DNA of 64,000 nucleotides from Vairimorpha necatrix (Eukaryota): NCBI GenBank assembly GCA_036630325.1, contig CP142730.1, positions 62,001 to 126,000 of the forward strand, read 5' to 3'. Shown piece by piece: positions 57,668 to 64,000 of this stretch (position 1 is its first letter; each line of letters starts with the position of its first letter). The notes under the pieces were generated by a model. It saw only the letters and a program-made list of their open reading frames with translations, ran no database searches and was not told where the DNA came from. The position numbers and the translations under genes were made by a program.

Positions 57668-58110
57668 TAATTATATTAAGTAAATCTCCGCGCTTATTTC
57701 AATCTATCACTCAAATTTGACTTTTTTTTGATCTTAGAATAGATCCCAAAGCGTCTTAAGATTTCTATATTACAATATAATAAATCATTCTACATTGATG
57801 TCTCATTAAAGCTTACAGTGCGAAATTGAATTATGACTAGATTAAAAGTCTCACTTATTTATTTCTATGTACGCTAAGTATGTCTTATATTTTTTATATA
57901 TGAAGTACATTTTAGATCTAAAAACTTAAAATAAACTGTAAAAAACAAATATCAGTATTAAGAATATATTCACTGTAAATATTTAGATCTCATCACTATA
58001 AAATAGCCTCTATAATATTTATACTGTAAAATATCTTAAAAACATTTTTTACATTTTAAATTTTGAAATATCTAACATTTGTAAATTTTTTTTTTTTTTA
58101 ATTTTGCCCC

Positions 58111-59364
58111 ATGGAAGAACTAGAAAATCTACAAATTTCCAAACAAATCCTCAACATTATTTTTGTCGGTCACGTCGATGCCGGAAAATCCACTCTCTGT
58201 GGCCAAATTCTCATGCTCCAAAACATTGTCGACTCTCGAACTCTAGAAAAGTACAAAGAATCTGCCAAAGAGTTTGGCAGAGAAAGTTGGTACTTAAGTT
58301 GGTGTATGGACACTAATCCTGAAGAAAGGGAAAAAGGTAAAACCACTGAACTCGGTACAGCTTTTTTTGAATTAAAAAATAAAAAAATTAATATTTTAGA
58401 CGCACCTGGTCATAAACAATATGTTTTTGAAATGATTAGTGGTGCAAATTGTGCTGATGTTGGTGTTTTAGTAGTTAGTGCACGTATTAATGAATTTGAA
58501 GCTGGTTTTGAAAAAGGTGGTCAAACTAGAGAACATATAATATTAATGAAAAGTGGTACTATACAGAAATTAGTAGTATTAGTTAATAAAATGGATGATC
58601 CCAGTGTTAAATGGTCAGAAGAAAGGTTTAATGAAATTAAGAGTAAGATAGGTAGTTTTATAAAATTTTTATTTAAAGATACAGTTTTTATACCTGTGAG
58701 TGGACTCACAGGTGAGAATATAGGAATAAGTAGATTAGATTGGTATAAAGGACCTACTTTTTTCGATTTTTTAAATTTTTTACAAGTAGAAAAAAAAGAT
58801 ACAAAATTTTTAAATATTTTGATAATTGAGAAATTAAAATCTCTTGGATCAAATTTAGTATGTGGTAAAATTGATGGTGGAATAATAAAGAAAGATGATA
58901 TTACTAAAGTAGTACCTGGGAATATTAAAATACAAGTATTAGGAATTTTTAATCAAGAAGATGTAGAAATACAAGAAGGTGTCCCTGGGGACACCGTAAA
59001 ATTAAAATTGAGTAAGATAGATGAGATACAAATAGGTAGTAGATTAGTAGAAGTAAATGATATTTTTTATAAAAGTACACATATTTTTACAAGTAGACTT
59101 ACAGTATTAGATTGTGAGAATATAATTAGTACAGGGTTTGTTTGTATGTTACATATTAATGTTATGACAGTACAGTGTAAGATTTTAGAGATAAGAAGTT
59201 TAGAGAAGAAGAAGATGAGATTTTTAAGGGCTGGCCAGAAGGCCCTAGTGAAGATTGAGTGTGAGAAGGAGATAGTTTTGTGTGATAGGGAGCCGAAAGA
59301 GAGATTTGCTTTGAGATTAGGGGAGCGTACCTTAGGGGTAGGCATCATAAGATACATTTTATAA
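58111..59364 (+). CDS. SUP35: Eukaryotic release factor 3 (GTPase core only)
   Basis: Motifs NIIFVGHVDAGKST, GRESWYLSWCMD, DAPGHK, EFEAGFEKGGQTREH, NKMD. Confidence 0.95.
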   Translation: MEELENLQISKQILNIIFVGHVDAGKSTLCGQILMLQNIVDSRTLEKYKESAKEFGRESWYLSWCMDTNPEEREKGKTTELGTAFFELKNKKINILDAPGHKQYVFEMISGANCADVGVLVVSARINEFEAGFEKGGQTREHIILMKSGTIQKLVVLVNKMDDPSVKWSEERFNEIKSKIGSFIKFLFKDTVFIPVSGLTGENIGISRLDWYKGPTFFDFLNFLQVEKKDTKFLNILIIEKLKSLGSNLVCGKIDGGIIKKDDITKVVPGNIKIQVLGIFNQEDVEIQEGVPGDTVKLKLSKIDEIQIGSRLVEVNDIFYKSTHIFTSRLTVLDCENIISTGFVCMLHINVMTVQCKILEIRSLEKKKMRFLRAGQKALVKIECEKEIVLCDREPKERFALRLGERTLGVGIIRYIL

Positions 59365-59797
59365 AATAAAAATTATTCTATAAGATTTATAAGATTTTAA
59401 AATTTTTTATCTATAAATTTTTTTTATTAGATTTTAAAATTTTTTTATTGTAAAATTTTTTATCTAAAAATTTTATATATTTATTTAGACTTATAAATCT
59501 ACATAGAATAAATCATTTATAGATATGTTTACTATATATAGATATGCTTAGACATATCCTTACTTAATGTTTTTTTAATTAAACATATGCTTACATATAA
59601 AACATTACAAAAAAAAATTTAATATTTATTTAGATTTATATATGTACATAGAATAAATCATTTATAGATATGCTTATACATATCCTTACTATATGTTTTT
59701 TTTGATTAGACATATACTGTAAAATAATGTAAATCAAATTTTATAATGTAAATAAAATTTTATAATGTAAATCTTCTTTTTTAAATAATAATATTGT

Positions 59798-60112
59798 TTA
59801 TTTAATCATTCGCCTCTCTCCATCATATCTGATTTTTCTTCCTTGTCGACTTCTCACTCGCACTATCCTAGCGTGACAAGCACACGAAATACAGTACTGG
59901 TTTTTATAAGATATTCTTGGTACTTCAAAGATGTCATAAATAGACGCGACTTTTACATCGTCCATAGAGCCCGCCTCTACGAGGGGGACTATCTTAAATC
60001 TTTTTATAGCCTTGTCTTTTGGGACACATCTACCACATTTGTCACATTGGACTGGTTTACAAGATCCTCTATTTTTTCTATTTTTCCCGTGATTTTTTCT
60101 CTTCACTGGCAT
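59798..60112 (-). CDS. RPS26: 40S ribosomal protein S26 (eS26)
   Basis: Motifs [35 protein letters not shown]. Confidence 0.97.
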
Positions 60113-60358
60113 TTTTAGGGGCCCAAAAAAAAAAAACTAAAAAAATATTCTATAAAGATATGATATTACTATCTAGTTTTATTTACTGTATATAATATTA
60201 CTATATTGTATATGTTTTATTTACTATATATAGACATATTAAATTGTATTATTATATAATATATATTATACAATTGTATTATAAATTTTTATATTACAAA
60301 TTTTTATATTATACAAATATATATTATATATTATTACATAATGTTTGCTTTATATTTG

Positions 60359-61174
60359 TTAATCAAATACTTTCTGGTATATGAAATATGTAAATATTAT
60401 TCCTATAGTCCCCATTATTATTAACAAATAAGACAAGAAATAATTCTTAGTCCCTACCCAACTTGACTCACTAAAAAACACTTTCTTATTCCCATAAGGA
60501 AATCTACTCTCTATTTCTAATTCATATACTCCTTCTTTCTCTACTTTTATGACTCCCCATAACTTCCTGAAGCTATAAAAAGGCGCAGTATAAATCCAGT
60601 TTATAAATCTCTGATTTTTATATAAATCTGGTATTTTCTTATACCGCCTCCAGGATGGAGGCGGTATCACTTCATTTCTCTCATATCCACTCTTTTTAAT
60701 CTTCTTTCTCATACTCTTGTATGAGATATCTTTCTGATTAATTTCTAGATTTTTTATAGTAAATTTATCCTGTAAGAAAGTATTAGGGAGGATACCCGCA
60801 GGGTAGTAAACTTTACCATTTTTGTAATCTAGAGGACTAGTCATACTTGAATTTGTGTCTCTTTCTCCTTTTAATTGATCATAACTAATACTTTTACTAT
60901 ATTTTAAATTTGATTGATAGAAGTTATCAATTTGTATATAGAAATATACAGTAGATTTAGGCAAGTAAATATAAAACTTGTTTGTAGATGAATAGTCTAT
61001 TGATATTTCATATATATTGTAATATGTATAAGTCATAATACAACCCATAATGAGAGATAATAAAGAAAATAAGAAGGGTAAAGGGGAATGTTTAGATAAA
61101 GAAGGATCAATAAAAGAGCCCTTTACTTTCTGCCTTAAGATATCATCTTGAATATTCTTTAAGCCTTCCCACAT
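60359..61174 (-). CDS. CDC50: CDC50/LEM3 family flippase beta subunit
   Basis: Motifs NFYQ, YSKS, YYPAG, RFINW, FRKLWG, WVGTKNYFL and two TM segments. Start at the ATG after CCCC. Confidence 0.9.
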   Translation of the reverse strand: MWEGLKNIQDDILRQKVKGSFIDPSLSKHSPLPFLFSLLSLIMGCIMTYTYYNIYEISIDYSSTNKFYIYLPKSTVYFYIQIDNFYQSNLKYSKSISYDQLKGERDTNSSMTSPLDYKNGKVYYPAGILPNTFLQDKFTIKNLEINQKDISYKSMRKKIKKSGYERNEVIPPPSWRRYKKIPDLYKNQRFINWIYTAPFYSFRKLWGVIKVEKEGVYELEIESRFPYGNKKVFFSESSWVGTKNYFLSYLLIIMGTIGIIFTYFIYQKVFD

Positions 61175-61407
61175 ATTTAAAGGGGTGTAAACATATAATA
61201 TTATATATATATATAATAGATTTGTATTATATTGCATTTATAATATAATAGATTAGATTTTATTAAGGCAATATAAGTTATGCTTTGTATTATAATAGAA
61301 TTTATTATATTTGTATTAAGCTTACATTATCAATATAAATATCAATATAAAGTATACTACAATATTGACTTATATTACAATATAAAAAGTATATTGTAGT
61401 ATTGATT

Positions 61408-63072
61408 TTATTGGATACTGGCTTTGTAATCAGAAGGAGTCCCATTGAAATATCTTAATGTTTGATTCTCACATACATACACTTCAGTAAAGGCTTTACT
61501 TACAAAATTAAGATCATGACTCACACACACTACTCCTCCTTCAAACTTCTTTATACACTCAGCCAAGGCTTCTATAGACTCCATATCTAAATGATTAGTG
61601 GGCTCATCAAATACTAGTAAATTAGGCTTCTTCCCATTTATTAAAGCAAATGTAAGTCGACTCTTCTGTCCACCAGACAGGGTCCCAATCCTCTGATTCT
61701 CAACTTGTAATCCAAAATTCGACAAAGCTCTTTTACTTTCTTCTAATGTAAAATATTTTAACATTAAATCTAATACTCTTAAATTAACATTCAAATTATC
61801 TACAAAATGTTGTGCAAAATACCCAACTCTAAGTTCAGGATTCTTTAAAATGTATCCATCACAATTCTGTAAATTATCTGTTAACATCTTAAGGAAAGTA
61901 CTCTTTCCTTGTCCATTTGTGCCAACCACCACAATCCTACTAAGATTATTTATATTAATTGTTATATCTCTAAAAATAGGCTTATTTTTTATATAAGAAA
62001 ATTTTACATCTCTCATTTCTATTAAATTCCCTTTTACACTTGTACTATCAAATATAAATTTGATAATTGGGTCTTTTTTAGGGACTACAAGTGGGAGCAT
62101 TTTAGAAAGTTGTTTGATTTTACTTTGTGCTAGTGCAGCCCTGGCTGCACTAGCCCTAAATCTATCTATAAAACTTTGTAAATGTTCTCTTTGTCTTAAT
62201 TGATTATCATATTCTTTCTTTATTTGATTTAATTTATTATTTCTAATATATGAAAATGTATCATAATTCCCTTTATATTTATCAATTTTGAAATCATTTA
62301 AATGTAATATTTCATCTACTACATTATTTAAGAAGTTTTTATCATGTGATACAATAATCACAGTTTTAAGATCTTTGATTTGTTTTTCTAACCAATTTAA
62401 AGCTTGAATATCTAAATAATTAGTAGGTTCATCTAGTAATAATAAATCTGGATTTATATTTATAGCTTTTGCTAAATGAGATCTCATTCTCCATCCACCA
62501 CTTAAATCTTTCAGATTTAAGTGGCACATTTCTTTAGTAAACCCAAATCCCATTAGAATTCTAGTACCATTTTCTCCTACATGGTCTATAACTTTAATAT
62601 CCAGATTTGTTTCTTGTTCAATCATGTGGATTTTGATTCCTCTTGGTATACCAAATTTCCTTTTTTTTATATTTTTTAGTAGGGTGGTTTTTCCTATCCC
62701 ATTTCTTCCTATTAGACCATATTTCTTCCCTCTCTGGATTAATAATTCACATGAATCAATAATAAGTTTACTTTTTATACTTAGATTTATAAATAAGTTT
62801 ATATCTTCATGATATATTTCATCTGTGGATGAGTACTCATCCACAGAAGAAGAAGAATATATAAATTCTTCTGTGTCTTCTAATATCTTGTTTATTTCTT
62901 TTTTATTTGATTTTTTTGGTTGTATAGTGAAAGGAGTTTCTAGAGGAATGGGAGTGAGATTGTGGTTTATTTTGTACTGGGAGATGTTCCAAGACAAGGC
63001 TTCTTCGTCTGATTCAAAAGGAAAAGATTTTAATTTTTCCAAGAATTCTTTTTTTATTTCTTCTAAATTCAT
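61408..63072 (-). CDS. GCN20: ABC-F family ATPase (Gcn20/ABCF3-like)
   Basis: Two ABC cassettes (YGLIGRNGIGKTT, LSGGWRMR, LLLDEPTNYLD; GTNGQGKST, LSGGQKSR, DEPTNHLD) and no TM domain. Confidence 0.85.
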   Translation of the reverse strand: MNLEEIKKEFLEKLKSFPFESDEEALSWNISQYKINHNLTPIPLETPFTIQPKKSNKKEINKILEDTEEFIYSSSSVDEYSSTDEIYHEDINLFINLSIKSKLIIDSCELLIQRGKKYGLIGRNGIGKTTLLKNIKKRKFGIPRGIKIHMIEQETNLDIKVIDHVGENGTRILMGFGFTKEMCHLNLKDLSGGWRMRSHLAKAININPDLLLLDEPTNYLDIQALNWLEKQIKDLKTVIIVSHDKNFLNNVVDEILHLNDFKIDKYKGNYDTFSYIRNNKLNQIKKEYDNQLRQREHLQSFIDRFRASAARAALAQSKIKQLSKMLPLVVPKKDPIIKFIFDSTSVKGNLIEMRDVKFSYIKNKPIFRDITININNLSRIVVVGTNGQGKSTFLKMLTDNLQNCDGYILKNPELRVGYFAQHFVDNLNVNLRVLDLMLKYFTLEESKRALSNFGLQVENQRIGTLSGGQKSRLTFALINGKKPNLLVFDEPTNHLDMESIEALAECIKKFEGGVVCVSHDLNFVSKAFTEVYVCENQTLRYFNGTPSDYKASIQ

Positions 63073-63641
63073 GCTATTTTTAAAGGGGATGAAATATAAA
63101 TAATATTAAAATAGTATTGAATTAGTATTGAATTTAAATTTACTAAATTTATTTAGTATTGAATTGGTATAATTTTATTTAGTATTGAATTTATTTAGTA
63201 TAATTCTATTTAGTATTGAATTTTATTGTGTAAGAAGTAAACATACATTTAAGATAAATATATTATACATACTTATTAATACTTATAAAATACTTATAAA
63301 TGACTTATAAATATTTTAAAGTCATTTATAAAATATTTTACTGGGTATAAATTCATTTTTATTTTACCCCCCTTATAAGTTATCGAAGGAATTCATTTCA
63401 TAAGAAATTCTCAAAATACTTAAACATTAAATCACTCCATGTAAAACATCCGTACTGTCTTATGACTTATGGACACCTGAGTGGAGAGACATTTTAAAAT
63501 AATATTTTTATATAGTAAGATAAATTAAAACATCTGATATATATTTAGTAAGATATCTTACATATATTTAAGAATTATACAATTTGTATGGTGGTCTCAC
63601 ATCTTCGACATCATATTTCTAATGTGTTTTTCTCCCCCAAT

Positions 63642-64000
63642 ATGATCCCGTGTATTTACACAAAAGACAAAAAGAAGAAACTGAAGAAATGGGAAGAAGG
63701 ATTCTACAAGTACAAGAATAAGAAGATAAGTGTGTATGACACAGATAAGAAACTAATATGTACAAAGGCGACGGGACTGAGTAATGAGATAGAGACATTT
63801 AAATATATAATATACATAGAGAACATACAAGAAGAACTTAAAGACAAATTTAAAGAAGAAGAACTTGAAGATGGACTTAAAGAAGACAAATTTAAGGAAG
63901 AAGAACTAGAAGATGACAAATTCAAGGAAGAAGAACTCGAAGATGACAAATGTAAAGACAAATGTAAAGAAGATAAAACACTAAGTAAGAGAACGAACAA
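63642..64000 (+). CDS. DUF2439 (ZGRF1/Mte1 N-terminal-like) protein, 3'-truncated by the window edge
   Basis: A CCCCC motif precedes MIPCIYTKDKKKKLKKWEEGF...ISVYD, which matches the YTxxxxKKxKxWxDG signature, followed by acidic repeats. The frame is open to the window end. Confidence 0.75.
   Translation, partial: MIPCIYTKDKKKKLKKWEEGFYKYKNKKISVYDTDKKLICTKATGLSNEIETFKYIIYIENIQEELKDKFKEEELEDGLKEDKFKEEELEDDKFKEEELEDDKCKDKCKEDKTLSKRTN

Overview
AT-rich microsporidian (Nosema/Vairimorpha-like) genomic DNA, inferred from compact intronless eukaryotic housekeeping genes, CCC motifs just before start codons, and an N-terminally truncated eRF3. The window has two parts. About 1-33.9 kb is gene-poor: a 5S rRNA gene, two lineage-specific ORFs, pseudogenes and mobile elements. 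About 33.9-64 kb is gene-dense: an amino-acid transporter, tRNA-Gln, ERD2, RAE1, NDK, TRF4, NOT3/5, haemolysin III, DOHH, DPH1, CDT1, PSF2, VTC4, CDC23, an Sfp1-like zinc finger, eRF3, RPS26, CDC50, ABC-F and a DUF2439 protein. The main observation is three independent full-length Ty3/gypsy retrotransposons of only about 3.1 kb with TG...CA LTRs of just 38, 38 and 48 bp. Each has a 5-bp target duplication, a PBS and a polypurine tract in the canonical positions. Each encodes a mini-Gag(CCHC)-RT-RNaseH-integrase polyprotein with no aspartic protease. The tiny LTRs look like a microsporidian CCC promoter motif, ATG and AATAAA. Also present: an ~810-bp tRNA-headed SINE with poly(A) and a 14-bp TSD, a 225-bp solo-LTR-like insert in one integrase, a Merlin transposon splitting the CDT1 gene, an older Merlin relic, and an intact DD34E Tc1/IS630-type element whose TIRs are arrays of 22-bp repeats. 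All calls come from reading the sequence by eye; no database searches were run.
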